Of a DNA stretch of 48,225 nt, positions 35,442 to 45,777 are shown in pieces. Source of the DNA: Pseudomonadota bacterium (GTDB taxonomy: Bacteria; Pseudomonadota; Gammaproteobacteria; Burkholderiales; JAJZQI01). Both the position numbers and the translations under genes were made by a program. The stretch spans positions 1 through 48,225 of the forward strand of contig JAJZTZ010000003.1 of NCBI GenBank assembly GCA_021847305.1. Reading direction: 5' to 3'. The notes beneath the pieces are model-generated. The model made no database searches and was not told the DNA's origin. It worked only from the letters and a program-made list of their open reading frames with translations. Within the stretch, counting starts at the first letter, position 1, and each line of letters starts with the position of its first letter.

Positions 35442-35906
35442 TTACCCTTGTTTGATGAATTGAAGAATTTCGTTGGCATGCCCCTTGGCGGTCACGCCGT
35501 ACTGGGCGTACGTGAGCACGCCATCTTTGCCGATAATGAACGTGGAACGCACGATGCCCATGCGCTTGACCCCGTCTTTTTCCTTTTCCTGCCACACGCC
35601 GTAAGCGGCGCAGGCTTCGCCGTCAACATCCGCCAGCAGGCGCACGGACAGACCGTGCTTGTCGCGGAAAGCCGCGTGGGACATACAGTCATCCTTGCTC
35701 ACGCCGAGTACCACAGCCTCCTGCGCGGCGAACTCCGCTTCCAGATCACTGAACTCGATACCCTCAAGCGTACAGCCCGGCGTATCGTCCTTGGGGTAGA
35801 AATACAGGATCACCTGCTTCTTGCCGAGAAAATCCGCCAGTTTGATTTCTTCCATATCAGCGTCGGGCAGGTTGAAATCCGGCGCCTTATCACCTGTTTT
35901 TAGCAT
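35442..35906 (-). CDS. bcp: Peroxiredoxin Bcp/PrxQ
   Basis: YFYPKDDTPGCT, GVSKD and RSTFII. Confidence 0.92.
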   Translation of the reverse strand: MLKTGDKAPDFNLPDADMEEIKLADFLGKKQVILYFYPKDDTPGCTLEGIEFSDLEAEFAAQEAVVLGVSKDDCMSHAAFRDKHGLSVRLLADVDGEACAAYGVWQEKEKDGVKRMGIVRSTFIIGKDGVLTYAQYGVTAKGHANEILQFIKQG

Positions 35907-36068
35907 TGTTAACCTCGTTTCTGTATGCTTCTTTTGAGAGTGTCTTTGAGTTCACGCGGAGGTTGATTCAGCTTAATCAATCACCACGCCGAATACAACC
36001 GTAATTTGATTACACCGCCGATATGCGCAGTGTATCGGGGCATGTTTTTACGTCCTGATGCCGCTTGG

Positions 36069-37361
36069 TTAGCGTTCGAACACAGCAATCGACTCGACAT
36101 GCGCCGTGTGCGGAAACATGTTGAGAATGCCGGCGGCGCGCATGGTATACCCTTTTGTATGGGTAAGTACAGCGGCGTCGCGTGCCAGTGTTGACGGGTT
36201 GCACGATACATAGACAATGCGCTGCGGCGCGCCGCTGTCCGGCAGCGATTTCACCACTTCCACCGCACCGTCGCGCGGCGGGTCGATCAGCCACTTGTCG
36301 AACTCGCCCAGCGCTGCCAGGCTCTCTGGCGTGGCTTCAAACAGATTGGCCATTTCGAAACGGGCATTGCTGATGCCGTTGCGCTCGGCATTCTCTTTGG
36401 CGCGCGCCACCAGCCCCGGGTGCCCTTCCACCCCGACCACCTCGGCCGCCTGGCGGGCGATGGGCAGGGTAAAGTTACCCAGACCGCAAAACAGGTCCAG
36501 CACTTTTTCGTGCGGCCGGGCGTCCAGCAGTTTCAGTGCGCGCCGCACCATGATCTGGTTCACGCCGCTGTTTACCTGGGTAAATTCGGTCGGCTTGAAA
36601 GGCATGTAAATATCGAATTCCGGCAGACGGTAAGCCAGTTCGGGGGCATTTTCCGGATAGAACGGCTGCGCTGTGTCTGGCCCTTTCGTCTGCAACCAGA
36701 ACTGGATATGGTGGGTGTCGGCAAAGGCTCTGAGCAGGGCTTCGTCGTTGCTGTTGAGCGGCTCCATGACACGCAGCACCAGCACATCCACCGCGTCGCC
36801 CACCGCCAGCTCGATCTGCGGCAACCGCTCGCGGATCGACAGCTGCATCACCAGTTCGCGCAACGGCACGATCAGGTCGGAAATACGCCTGGGCAGCACA
36901 CGGCATTCGCGCATGTCGGCAATGAAGCTGCTGCGCTTTTCATGAAAGCCCACCAGCACGCCGCCCTTCTTTTCCACATAACGCACCGACAGGCGCGCCC
37001 GGCCGCGATAGCCCCACACCGGACCCTGCACCGGCGGCAGCCACTGCTGCGGCTGCACCTTGCCGATATGGGTCAGGTTGTCTTCCAGAATGCGCTGTTT
37101 GACCGCTACCTGGGTGGAAAACTCGACATGCTGCATGGAACAGCCACCGCACACGCCAAAATGCGGGCAGGCCGGCGTGGTACGGCGGAAACTTTCCTTT
37201 TCCACCCGCACCGTCTCGGCAAATTCATAACTGGGCTTTTTCTTGAACGAGCGGTATTCCACCCGTTCGCCCGGCAGCGCGCCTTCGATGAAAATGGTTT
37301 TACCTTCGACGTGGGTAACGCCGCGGCCTTCCTGATCCAGCGATTCGATGACAGCTTTCAT
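36069..37361 (-). CDS. rlmD: 23S rRNA (uracil-1939-C5)-methyltransferase
   Basis: TRAM domain, [10 protein letters not shown] Fe-S motif, [24 protein letters not shown] and MFPHTAHVE. Confidence 0.95.
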   Translation of the reverse strand: MKAVIESLDQEGRGVTHVEGKTIFIEGALPGERVEYRSFKKKPSYEFAETVRVEKESFRRTTPACPHFGVCGGCSMQHVEFSTQVAVKQRILEDNLTHIGKVQPQQWLPPVQGPVWGYRGRARLSVRYVEKKGGVLVGFHEKRSSFIADMRECRVLPRRISDLIVPLRELVMQLSIRERLPQIELAVGDAVDVLVLRVMEPLNSNDEALLRAFADTHHIQFWLQTKGPDTAQPFYPENAPELAYRLPEFDIYMPFKPTEFTQVNSGVNQIMVRRALKLLDARPHEKVLDLFCGLGNFTLPIARQAAEVVGVEGHPGLVARAKENAERNGISNARFEMANLFEATPESLAALGEFDKWLIDPPRDGAVEVVKSLPDSGAPQRIVYVSCNPSTLARDAAVLTHTKGYTMRAAGILNMFPHTAHVESIAVFER

Positions 37362-37705
37362 TTCTTTTCCAGCATTTGCAACACCCGGCCGAGCGGGCTC
37401 AACAACAACAGCGACGCAACACTCACACCCAGGGTATTGGCGAGCATGTCGTGCACATCAAAACTGCGGTACGGCGTCAGCCCCTGGGCAAATTCAATGC
37501 CAATACCCATGGCAATCAGCGCCAGGCCCACCCGCATGGGCGGGAAACCCAGCTGCCCCCACCAGAGCATCAGTAAGGCGTAGGTGGTGGCGTGCTCGAT
37601 CTTGTCATTCACTTCCTGGGCAAGCGGCGGCACGGGAATCAGCGACAGCACCCAGACAGCCAGCAGCCAGGCGATGCCCAGCGCCAGCCAGACCTTACGC
37701 AGCAT
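37358..37705 (-). CDS. VanZ-family membrane protein
   Basis: DKIEH, IEFAQ, R-S-F-D and DMLANTLG; small multi-TM protein overlapping both neighbours. Confidence 0.85.
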   Translation of the reverse strand: MLRKVWLALGIAWLLAVWVLSLIPVPPLAQEVNDKIEHATTYALLMLWWGQLGFPPMRVGLALIAMGIGIEFAQGLTPYRSFDVHDMLANTLGVSVASLLLLSPLGRVLQMLEKK

Positions 37706-38486
37706 GGTCAACCTGCCAATGCTGTTCGAAGGTGCGCCAGTGCTCGCCCGGCAACTCCGCCAGATGAGTGCGCACCAGCGCCAGTTCGCGGATATACTGC
37801 TCCTGCGTCAGCCAGCCGCGGATCAACTGAAAGCGCAGGAACATCAGATAGGTGTTCACCACGTCGGTTTCGCAGTAGTTGCGAATGGCGCTGATTTCGC
37901 CATTCTGAAACGCGCCCCACACCTGCGAGCCATCCATGCCCTGCTTGCCGGGGAAGCCGCACAGCTGCGCCAGATCATCCAGTCCGACAAAGGCGCGTGG
38001 CTGATACATTGCCAGCACGTCCATCAGATCAAGATGGCGGGTGTGATAACGGGACTGGTAATTGTTGAACTTGAAATCGCGGTCGTCTTCGCCGGTATCC
38101 CAGTAGCGCGGCGCGACAATACCATGCACCAGCGAACGGTAGTGCAGCACCGGCAGATCGAAGCCGCCGCCGTTCCACGACACCAGCTGCGGGGTGTAGC
38201 GAGCAATACCGTCGAAAAAGCGGCGAATGATCTCGGCCTCGCCGTCTTCCGGCGTTCCCAGTGACCAGACCTTGAAATTGCCTTCGCCTTCGCGCAGTAC
38301 GCAGGAAATCGCCACCACACGTTGCTGGTGCAAGGGCAGAAAATCGCTGCCGGTAGCCTGGCGGCGACGCTGGAACGCCATGTCGGCAACAGCGGCATCG
38401 CTCACTTCGTCTCCGATGCTGAGCAGCTTGCGAATCCCGCGCACATCAGGCACGGTTTCGATATCGAACACCAGAGTGGGAGTCAT
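37695..38486 (-). CDS. Stand-alone DEDDy 3'-5' exonuclease (PolB-exonuclease-like)
   Basis: Exo I FDIET, Exo II WNGGGFD, Exo III YCETD. Confidence 0.9.
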   Translation of the reverse strand: MTPTLVFDIETVPDVRGIRKLLSIGDEVSDAAVADMAFQRRRQATGSDFLPLHQQRVVAISCVLREGEGNFKVWSLGTPEDGEAEIIRRFFDGIARYTPQLVSWNGGGFDLPVLHYRSLVHGIVAPRYWDTGEDDRDFKFNNYQSRYHTRHLDLMDVLAMYQPRAFVGLDDLAQLCGFPGKQGMDGSQVWGAFQNGEISAIRNYCETDVVNTYLMFLRFQLIRGWLTQEQYIRELALVRTHLAELPGEHWRTFEQHWQVDHAA

Positions 38487-38646
38487 GAAGGGGTGGCCAG
38501 CAGGAAAAATGGCAATTTTAACAGCCTGCCGAAGTTAAAGGAATGAGATAAAACGACGTGTTGCAAGCCAGCGCATTTGCAAAAATATGTAAACAGGAAA
38601 TGAAACAGACTGAAACAGGTGTGGGCGCGGAATCGGACTACACTGA

Positions 38647-38674
38647 AAGCCGAATCAAGCAAGCCGAATCAAGC
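38647..38674 (+). repeat. Perfect 14-bp tandem duplication
   Basis: AAGCCGAATCAAGC twice, with a partial third copy (CAAGCCGAA) just before the 38731 ATG. Confidence 0.8.
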
Positions 38675-38730
38675 GGATGAGGCGTACAATGCCACTCGCC
38701 GCAACCCAATATTAAAACCAAGCCGAACTT

Positions 38731-40767
38731 ATGCGATTTCTACGCCCGACGGATAAACGCGCCGAACTGGAAGAAGCGTTGCGCTGGCTGGTCGGCAGCG
38801 AAAACAATTCCGTTTCCCTGCTGGCTGCCCTGGTGGACCGGCTGCGCCCGCGCAAACTCGACAATATCGAACAAGCCCGCGCCAACCTCGCCCTGCTGGT
38901 GCAGTTGCTGCACAGCCGCGACCAGTACAGGGACGCACTGCGACAACACATCCTGGCAGTGCTGTCCACGCGCAACCAGACGCGGTTCTTCAGCGACGGC
39001 GGCATTCTGCCGGCAACCGGCTTTTTCACCGAGCTGCGCAATAATCTGATCAACCGGCTGCTGCCTGATGTCATTGACAGCAACAGCCTGCAGGATGAAA
39101 TCAAACAGATATTCCGCCACCCCAAGGACCATGTGTGGCTGGATGAACTGGAAGCGGAAGACCTGGCCCCGCTGCTGAAAACGCTGCAGCTCGGCACTCC
39201 GGCAAGCAATGCTGCGCTGCAACACAGCGAACAGGAAATGTTCGACGCGGTACTGCTGCTGTCGCACCGTATCAGCGCGCTGGGCATGCAACCCGAATTG
39301 CTGCGCCTGTGCCCGCATATTGAAGATTATGACTCGCCGTTTTTTGCCCAGGCAACGGAAACCGGCCTGCTGGTCAAACAGGTGCTGCACAGCGGCTGGA
39401 CCGAGCAGGCCGTCGCAGACAGCCGGCACATTCGCGTCCTGCTGCAGCAGTGCAGCGACATTCTCCGCGAAGCGCGCGGTATTTCCCGTGCCACCGGCAC
39501 CAGCCTGTCGCTCACCTATCTGCTGGCACGGCTGGAGCAGCAGCTCACCCGGCTGGATGAATTGCTGGCCATCCTGGGAGAACGCTGCGACAGCACGCCG
39601 CAGGCACAGCAGGAGCAGAGCTGGCACGGCAGCCTCGCCCGTATCGCCGTGGCCGACAATCAGCGCCGCAGCCTGTCGCTGCTGATCGCCAACATTACCC
39701 GCCTGCTGGCCCTGCGCGTGACCGAAAATGCCGGTAAAACCGGCGAGCACTACATTACCGACGACCGGAGCGGCTATTTCGGCATGTGGCGTTCCGCCGC
39801 AGGGGCGGGGGTGCTGATCGGCATGCTGGCGCTGATCAAGATCGGCATTACCAAGCTGTCGCTGGCACCCCTGAACATGGCTTTTTTACTCAGCCTCAAC
39901 TACGGTCTGGGATTTGTGCTGGTCTATCTGCTGCATTTCACCATCGCCACCAAGCAGCCGGCCATGACCGCCGCCACGCTGGCCGGCGCCATCAGCCAGA
40001 CGCGCGGCCGTATCAGCGACCTGGAACCGCTGGCGCGCATGGTGATCGACGTGCTGCGCAGCCAGCTGGCTGCCATTGGCGGCAATGTGCTGGTGGCGGT
40101 GGCCACCTCGGTCGGCATTGCAACGCTCTACGCCCTGGCTACAGGCAACGCCATTATCACTGCCGAAAAAAGCGACCATCTGCTGCACGACCTGTCGCCG
40201 CTAGACAGCCCCGCCCTGTTCCATGCCGCCATTGCCGGCGTCTATCTCTTCCTTGCCGGCCTGATCACCGGTTATTTCGACAACCTGGCGTCACACACCC
40301 GGCTATCCGAACGCATCCAGCAACTGCGCTGGCTGCGCTATGTTGCCGGCAGCAATGGCGCGAAACGGGTCGGCGACTTCTTCGGCAACCATCTCGGCGG
40401 TCTGGGCGGTAATTTCCTGTTTGGCTGCATGCTCGGCTCCACAGCGACACTCGGCTTCCTGTTCGGCCTGCCGCTGGATATCCGTCACATCGCCTTTTCC
40501 TCGGCCAACTTCGGTTATGCGCTGGCAGCCATGCAATTTCAATTGCCGCTGGAATGGTGGATCAAAGGCATTGTCGGCATTGCGCTGATCGGCATGGTCA
40601 ATCTGGCGGTGAGTTTCTGGCTGGCGCTGTGGCTGGCGATGCGCTCCCGCGGCGTGCCCCTCACGCGTGCCCGGGCCCTGGTGCCGGCGGTCGTACGCCT
40701 GGCCATACAGCGCCCTGCCGCGCTTTTTCTCCCGCCGCCGGACAAGCCGCGCGACCAGGCGGCCTGA
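38731..40767 (+). CDS. Membrane protein of the family usually annotated 'site-specific recombinase' (Gcr-like)
   Basis: TGEHYIT, NYGLGFVL, ATKQPAMTAA, IGGN, GNFLFG, LPLDIRHIAFSS and NLAVSF; soluble helical N-half and about six TM segments in the C-half. Confidence 0.8.
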   Translation: MRFLRPTDKRAELEEALRWLVGSENNSVSLLAALVDRLRPRKLDNIEQARANLALLVQLLHSRDQYRDALRQHILAVLSTRNQTRFFSDGGILPATGFFTELRNNLINRLLPDVIDSNSLQDEIKQIFRHPKDHVWLDELEAEDLAPLLKTLQLGTPASNAALQHSEQEMFDAVLLLSHRISALGMQPELLRLCPHIEDYDSPFFAQATETGLLVKQVLHSGWTEQAVADSRHIRVLLQQCSDILREARGISRATGTSLSLTYLLARLEQQLTRLDELLAILGERCDSTPQAQQEQSWHGSLARIAVADNQRRSLSLLIANITRLLALRVTENAGKTGEHYITDDRSGYFGMWRSAAGAGVLIGMLALIKIGITKLSLAPLNMAFLLSLNYGLGFVLVYLLHFTIATKQPAMTAATLAGAISQTRGRISDLEPLARMVIDVLRSQLAAIGGNVLVAVATSVGIATLYALATGNAIITAEKSDHLLHDLSPLDSPALFHAAIAGVYLFLAGLITGYFDNLASHTRLSERIQQLRWLRYVAGSNGAKRVGDFFGNHLGGLGGNFLFGCMLGSTATLGFLFGLPLDIRHIAFSSANFGYALAAMQFQLPLEWWIKGIVGIALIGMVNLAVSFWLALWLAMRSRGVPLTRARALVPAVVRLAIQRPAALFLPPPDKPRDQAA

Positions 40768-40802
40768 CAGCTTTCCCGCACCCTGTACGGCGCTACAGTG
40801 CG

Positions 40803-41693
40803 CTACCGCCGGGCCTTTTCCAGATCCGCACACATCATCTGTGCACCCTGCAGAATGCGTGGCGTAGGACGCTGAATCAGATCCGGCGGCAGCTCGTACA
40901 ACTGGTGCTGCTGTACCGCGCGAATCGGCAAACCCTGCCAGGCCGTCCACTGCCCCGGATCACCGGTATACGCCCCACTGGCGACAATGACCTGCGGGTT
41001 GCGCTGCACCACAGCCTCGACGCTTACCGTGGGCGTCAGTACCGGCAGATTGGCAAAAATATTCCGCCCGCCACAGGCGCTGATCACATCGCTGATGAAA
41101 TGCTTGCCGTTGACGGTCATCGGCGGTGCTGGCCACACCTGATAAAACACGCTCACCGGCTGGCGCAACTGGTAGCGCTGCTGCAGGGCATGCCACCGCT
41201 GCTCGAACTGCGCAGCGGCCGCATCTGCCTGCGCCGGCGTCCCCGCCAGTTGCCCCAACTGGCGCAACTGGCGGGCAATGTCATCCACACGGGGGGCTTC
41301 GGTGAGCCAGACGGGTATACCCAGCTGGCGAATCTGCTGCACCATCAGCGGCGAAGTACCGCTGGCCCAGCCAATTACCAGATCGGGTTTCAGGCGTACC
41401 AGGGTTTCGAGATCGACGCGATTGGCGTCGCCAATGAGAGGCAGCTGTTTTGCCGCAGGCGGGAAATCGCTGAAAGCACTCACTCCCACCACCTTACTGC
41501 CGGCACCGGCGGCAAACAGCAGCTCGGTGACATGAGGCGTCAATGCAACGATGCGCTGCGCCGGCTGAGCCAGTTTGACCACCCGGCCGGCATCGTCAGT
41601 CATTGTCAGCGCCGCCTGCGCCGGGAACGCCAGCCAGGCCAGCAAAACCGGCAGCAGAACAAGCCTGCGCGCGTACCGGACCTTACTCGGCAT
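40803..41693 (-). CDS. btuF: Cobalamin-binding periplasmic protein (BtuF-like)
   Basis: Signal peptide; RIVALTPHVTELLFA, SDFP, KPDLVIGW, VSVEAV and RPTPRI. Confidence 0.8.
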   Translation of the reverse strand: MPSKVRYARRLVLLPVLLAWLAFPAQAALTMTDDAGRVVKLAQPAQRIVALTPHVTELLFAAGAGSKVVGVSAFSDFPPAAKQLPLIGDANRVDLETLVRLKPDLVIGWASGTSPLMVQQIRQLGIPVWLTEAPRVDDIARQLRQLGQLAGTPAQADAAAAQFEQRWHALQQRYQLRQPVSVFYQVWPAPPMTVNGKHFISDVISACGGRNIFANLPVLTPTVSVEAVVQRNPQVIVASGAYTGDPGQWTAWQGLPIRAVQQHQLYELPPDLIQRPTPRILQGAQMMCADLEKARR

Positions 41694-42306
41694 TGCCCAG
41701 CGGCGCATCCACCCGGCCGTCAAGAAAACGCAGCTGCCACAACACGCCCTGACCGGCCGGCTGCGCCACCAGACGGGTCAGCGCGGCGCTGGCGACATGA
41801 ATACGGTAGGCATTGGCCAGCGGCATGGACAGGGCATGCGCCAGCACCATGCGAATCACACCGGCGTGGCACACCACCAGCACATGCTGACCGGCATGGT
41901 GTGCCAGCACGGAATCGAGCGCTTCACCGACCCGGCGGTGAAAATCCTCCAGCGGTTCGGCTCCGGCCGGACGGGAACCCACCGGATCGAGCTTGAAACG
42001 GGTCAGCGTATCCGGGTCGCTGGCCTTCAGTTCCGCCGGCGTTTTGCCTTCCCATTCGCCGAAACCGACTTCCTTGAGACGCGGGTCCAGATGCAGAGGT
42101 TTGTGCAAACGCCCCGCCAGCTCTTCGGCAAAGGCGTGGCAGCGCGTCAGCGGCGAGCTGATAACGGCGTCCCAGCCGGCAAAATCACCCACCGTGGCGC
42201 GCATCTGGTGCCAGCCTTTTTCACTCAGCGGATCATCAATCTGGCCGCGGTATTTGCGCCCGCCCACCGGTTCGCCATGGCGCATGAAATCAAGTACGGT
42301 GGTCAT
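41683..42306 (-). CDS. Histidine-phosphatase family protein (CobC alpha-ribazole phosphatase-like)
   Basis: RHG, SSPLTRC, EVGFGEWEG and HAGVIR; next to btuF. Confidence 0.8.
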   Translation of the reverse strand: MTTVLDFMRHGEPVGGRKYRGQIDDPLSEKGWHQMRATVGDFAGWDAVISSPLTRCHAFAEELAGRLHKPLHLDPRLKEVGFGEWEGKTPAELKASDPDTLTRFKLDPVGSRPAGAEPLEDFHRRVGEALDSVLAHHAGQHVLVVCHAGVIRMVLAHALSMPLANAYRIHVASAALTRLVAQPAGQGVLWQLRFLDGRVDAPLGNAE

Positions 42307-43397
42307 CGCATATCCTTCAGGCTCTGCTTCACCGCGGGCCAGTTGTACTGCAAGGGCTGGGCGGGCCAGCTGCCCATTTGCCGGACGCGCTGCTCCAGCG
42401 CCTGCTCGCGGTTGTCGCTGGCAGGGTGGGACGACAGCAGTTCGATATTGCCACCGTCCTGTTTGGACAGTTTGTCGAAAAAGTGGATCATGCCCTGCGG
42501 ACTGATGCCGGCGCGCTTGAGCGCTTCCAGCCCGCCCAGGTCGGCTTGCGACTCCTGATCACGGCTGAATTTCAGTCCGCCCAGCTGCTGCGCCATGTTC
42601 GCCAGCACAGTGCCGCTCATGTCTCCCAGCGCCAGACTCATCAGCGCGGACAGGCCGATGTTGTGGACCATGCCCTTCAGACTGTGGCGTTGCTCGACGT
42701 GCTGCACTTCATGCGCCAGTACGCCAGCCAGCTCCTCGGGGTTATCAGTCGCCTTGATCAGACCGCTGTGCACCACCACGAAACCGCCGGGAATGGCAAA
42801 AGCGTTGATGGTCGGATCATCTGCGACATACCACTGGTAGTGATAGCGCGAACCCTGCGTCAGCCGCTGGCCGATGTCGCGTACAACACGGGCGGCCTCG
42901 CCCTGCTGGGTCAGTTTCATCTGCGCGCGCACCTGCGCCAGCGACATCTCGCCCAGCTTCACCTCTTCCGCTTGGGGAATGCGCTGCGCCACCCAGCCGG
43001 CAATCCGGTCGGCATTCAGCCAGAACAGCAGCAAGGCGAGCAACGGCAAGGCGAAGAACGTACCCAGCACCAGCCAGCCGAAATGAAACCCTGCCCGGGT
43101 GCGGCCCACCCGCTTGCGCCAGCGGGCAAGCTGGCTGCCCAGCGTATCCGGCGCAGCGGCGAGGAACTGCTGCTGGTCGGCAGCGCTGACCGGGCTGCAC
43201 GACCAGCGCCCGGCCGCATCCTGCCAGTGCACGATCATCTGCTGGCCGTCAAACCCGCCGGCAGTTACCGTCACCTGCGCGGCCGGCACCGTCACACTGC
43301 CACCGGGCAAATCCAGCTGCAGCGAATCATCCACCCAGCGGCCGGAACACGGGCTGCCGCCGTCCGGCAACCCCGGGCCGAAACACAGCAGATTCAT
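42303..43397 (-). CDS. M48-family zinc metallopeptidase with N-terminal domain and TM
   Basis: INAFAIPGG, HEVQH (HExxH), SRDQESQAD and SSHP. Start taken at MNLLCF (43397). Confidence 0.9.
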   Translation of the reverse strand: MNLLCFGPGLPDGGSPCSGRWVDDSLQLDLPGGSVTVPAAQVTVTAGGFDGQQMIVHWQDAAGRWSCSPVSAADQQQFLAAAPDTLGSQLARWRKRVGRTRAGFHFGWLVLGTFFALPLLALLLFWLNADRIAGWVAQRIPQAEEVKLGEMSLAQVRAQMKLTQQGEAARVVRDIGQRLTQGSRYHYQWYVADDPTINAFAIPGGFVVVHSGLIKATDNPEELAGVLAHEVQHVEQRHSLKGMVHNIGLSALMSLALGDMSGTVLANMAQQLGGLKFSRDQESQADLGGLEALKRAGISPQGMIHFFDKLSKQDGGNIELLSSHPASDNREQALEQRVRQMGSWPAQPLQYNWPAVKQSLKDMR

Positions 43398-43401
43398 CAA
43401 A

Positions 43402-44196
43402 TCAGTTGTCACCATCCAGCAAGCCGCCCAGACCGCCCAGCACTGAGCCTTCGCCCACACTGCGGCCGCCGGCTACCGGCGCAGCCATGACGATGCGGTT
43501 GGCCAGACGCGACAGCGGCAGCGATTGCAGCCAGACCTTGCCCGGACCCTGCAGCGTAGCGAAGAACAGACCTTCGCCGCCGAACATGGCGGTCTTGATG
43601 CCGCCGACGAACTGAATGTCGAAGGACACCGAGGGCTGCATCGCCACTACACAACCGGTGTCGATACGAATCACCTCGCCCGGTGCCAGGGTGCGCTCTT
43701 TCAGCGTGCCGCCGGCATGGAAAAAGGCCATGCCGTCGCCGTCCAGACGCTGCATGATGAAGCCCTCACCGCCGAACAGGCCGGCACCCAGCTTCTTCTG
43801 GAAAGCAATGCCCAGCGATACGCCCTTGGCGGCGCACAGGAAAGAGTCTTTCTGACAAATCAGCGTGCCGCCCATCTGCGACAGATCCACCGGAATGATC
43901 TTGCCCGGATACGGTGCGGCAAAGCCCACGCGCTTCTTGCCGCTGCCCTGGTTGACAAACACGGTGGTAAACAGCGATTCGCCGGTGAGCAAACGCTTGC
44001 CGGCGCCGACCAGCTTGCTGAGAAAACCGGACTGGCTGGCCGAGCCGTCGCCAAACACGGTTTCCATCTGAATGCCGTCATCCATGAACATCATGGCGCC
44101 CGCCTCGGCAATCGCCGCCTCGCCCGGATCGAGCTCGATCTCGACAAACTGCATTTCCGCACCAAAAATTTCGTAATCGACGACGTCCATACCCAT
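43402..44196 (-). CDS. TIGR00266/AIM24-family protein
   Basis: AEAGAMM, TGESLF, QKDSFL, repeated FGGEG and GPGKVWLQSLP. Confidence 0.9.
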   Translation of the reverse strand: MGMDVVDYEIFGAEMQFVEIELDPGEAAIAEAGAMMFMDDGIQMETVFGDGSASQSGFLSKLVGAGKRLLTGESLFTTVFVNQGSGKKRVGFAAPYPGKIIPVDLSQMGGTLICQKDSFLCAAKGVSLGIAFQKKLGAGLFGGEGFIMQRLDGDGMAFFHAGGTLKERTLAPGEVIRIDTGCVVAMQPSVSFDIQFVGGIKTAMFGGEGLFFATLQGPGKVWLQSLPLSRLANRIVMAAPVAGGRSVGEGSVLGGLGGLLDGDN

Positions 44197-44303
44197 GTTT
44201 ATTACTCCATGTCAGAAATAGCATTTGCATGGTGAACAGTGAACGGAAACCGCAAGCAGAAACTGCCCCACAATTCACTCATCATTGTTCACCACTTCCC
44301 AGT

Positions 44304-45674
44304 TTACCCGCGCCGCCAGGTTGTCCCTTGCGGCCCGTCTTCCAGCACAATGCCGGCCGCCGTCAGCTCGTTGCGGATACGGTCGGCTTCGGCAAAATTC
44401 TTGGCTTTTTTCGCGGCGGCGCGGTCGGCAATCAGCTGTTCGATAGCGGCGGCGCTCAGCCCTTCTTCGCCGGCGCCGGCCTGCAGAAAATCTTCCGGCT
44501 GGCGCTGCAACAGGCCGAGAATACCAGCCAATTGTTGCAGCTGTCCTGCCAGCTGCGGGCTCTTGCTTTTGTTGACCTCTTTCGCCAGTTCAAACAGCAC
44601 GGTGATGGCGCCGTGGCTGTCGAAATCGTCATCCATGGCGGCCTTGAAGCGGGCCGGGTATTCCGCCGTCCAGTCGAGCGGCGACAAATCCACATCCACA
44701 CCGCGCAACGCCGTGTACAGGCCGGTCAGTGCGTTTTTGGCGTCATCCAGATGCGCGTCGGAATAGTTCAGCGGGCTGCGGTAATGCGCGCGCAGAATAA
44801 AGAAGCGCACCACTTCGGCGTCGTACTTCTGCAATACGTCGCGAATGGTAAAGAAATTGCCCAGCGATTTGGACATCTTCTCGTTATCCACGCGGATAAA
44901 GCCGTTGTGCATCCAGTAATTCACAAAGGCGTGGTCATGCGCGCCTTCGGATTGGGCAATCTCGTTTTCGTGGTGAGGGAACTGCAGATCCTGGCCGCCG
45001 CCGTGAATATCAAAATGCTCGCCCAGATAATGCTCGCTCATCACCGAGCACTCGATATGCCAACCCGGTCGGCCCTTGCCCCAGGGCGAATCCCACGCCG
45101 GTTCACCCGGCTTGGCCGCTTTCCACAGTACGAAGTCGAGCGGATCGCGCTTGTTCGGGTCCACATCCACGCGCTCGCCGGCGCGCAGGTCTTCCAGCGA
45201 TTTGCCGGACAGCTTGCCGTAACCGGCAAAGTCATGCACCGAGTAATACACGTCGCCGTTGGGCGCCGGGTATGCCAGGCCCTTATCAATGAGCGTCTGG
45301 ATCATCCGCACCATGCCCGGCACGAACTCGGTCGCGCGCGGCTCGATATCAGGCGACTGCACGCCCAGTTGCGCGGCATCCTCATTCATGGCGGCAATGA
45401 AGCGGCCAGTCAGGACGTCAATCGGTTCCCGGTTTTCCGCAGCACGTTTGATGATTTTGTCGTCAATATCGGTGATATTGCGCACATATGTCAGATCGTA
45501 GCCGCTGTCCCGCAGCCACCGCGCCACCATATCAAACACCACCATCACGCGGGCATGTCCCAGGTGACAGAAGTCATACACGGTCATGCCGCAAACGTAC
45601 ATGCGGGCCTTGCCCGGTTCAATAGGAGTGAATACCTGCTTTTCGCGCGCGAGGGTGTTGTAGATCTTCAGCAT
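44304..45674 (-). CDS. cysS: Cysteine--tRNA ligase
   Basis: [36 protein letters not shown] and KMSKS. Confidence 0.98.
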   Translation of the reverse strand: MLKIYNTLAREKQVFTPIEPGKARMYVCGMTVYDFCHLGHARVMVVFDMVARWLRDSGYDLTYVRNITDIDDKIIKRAAENREPIDVLTGRFIAAMNEDAAQLGVQSPDIEPRATEFVPGMVRMIQTLIDKGLAYPAPNGDVYYSVHDFAGYGKLSGKSLEDLRAGERVDVDPNKRDPLDFVLWKAAKPGEPAWDSPWGKGRPGWHIECSVMSEHYLGEHFDIHGGGQDLQFPHHENEIAQSEGAHDHAFVNYWMHNGFIRVDNEKMSKSLGNFFTIRDVLQKYDAEVVRFFILRAHYRSPLNYSDAHLDDAKNALTGLYTALRGVDVDLSPLDWTAEYPARFKAAMDDDFDSHGAITVLFELAKEVNKSKSPQLAGQLQQLAGILGLLQRQPEDFLQAGAGEEGLSAAAIEQLIADRAAAKKAKNFAEADRIRNELTAAGIVLEDGPQGTTWRRG

Positions 45675-45777
45675 GGCAGCAACAAAATGGACAAAGTCTT
45701 AATCTTACCATGCCTGAACAAACGCTGATCTATCGGCGGTTCGCGCCGCATCGGATTGGCAGACCCCAAACAGCGCC

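Noticed and set aside
35437-35595. N-terminal extension of SlyD in the ORF track (similar over-extensions for pmbA, yjgA, M48 and btuF)
   Set aside because: The extensions overlap neighbouring genes and precede the conserved family N-termini, so downstream ATGs were chosen.
35963-35980. TTGATT-N6-AATCAA upstream of bcp as an FNR box
   Set aside because: FNR needs TTGAT-N4-ATCAA and the spacing here is N8. It could be another operator but cannot be assigned.
38731-40767. Treating the 'site-specific recombinase' as the mobiliser of the MITEs or as an island integrase
   Set aside because: It has no recombinase catalytic motifs and is a polytopic membrane protein among housekeeping genes.
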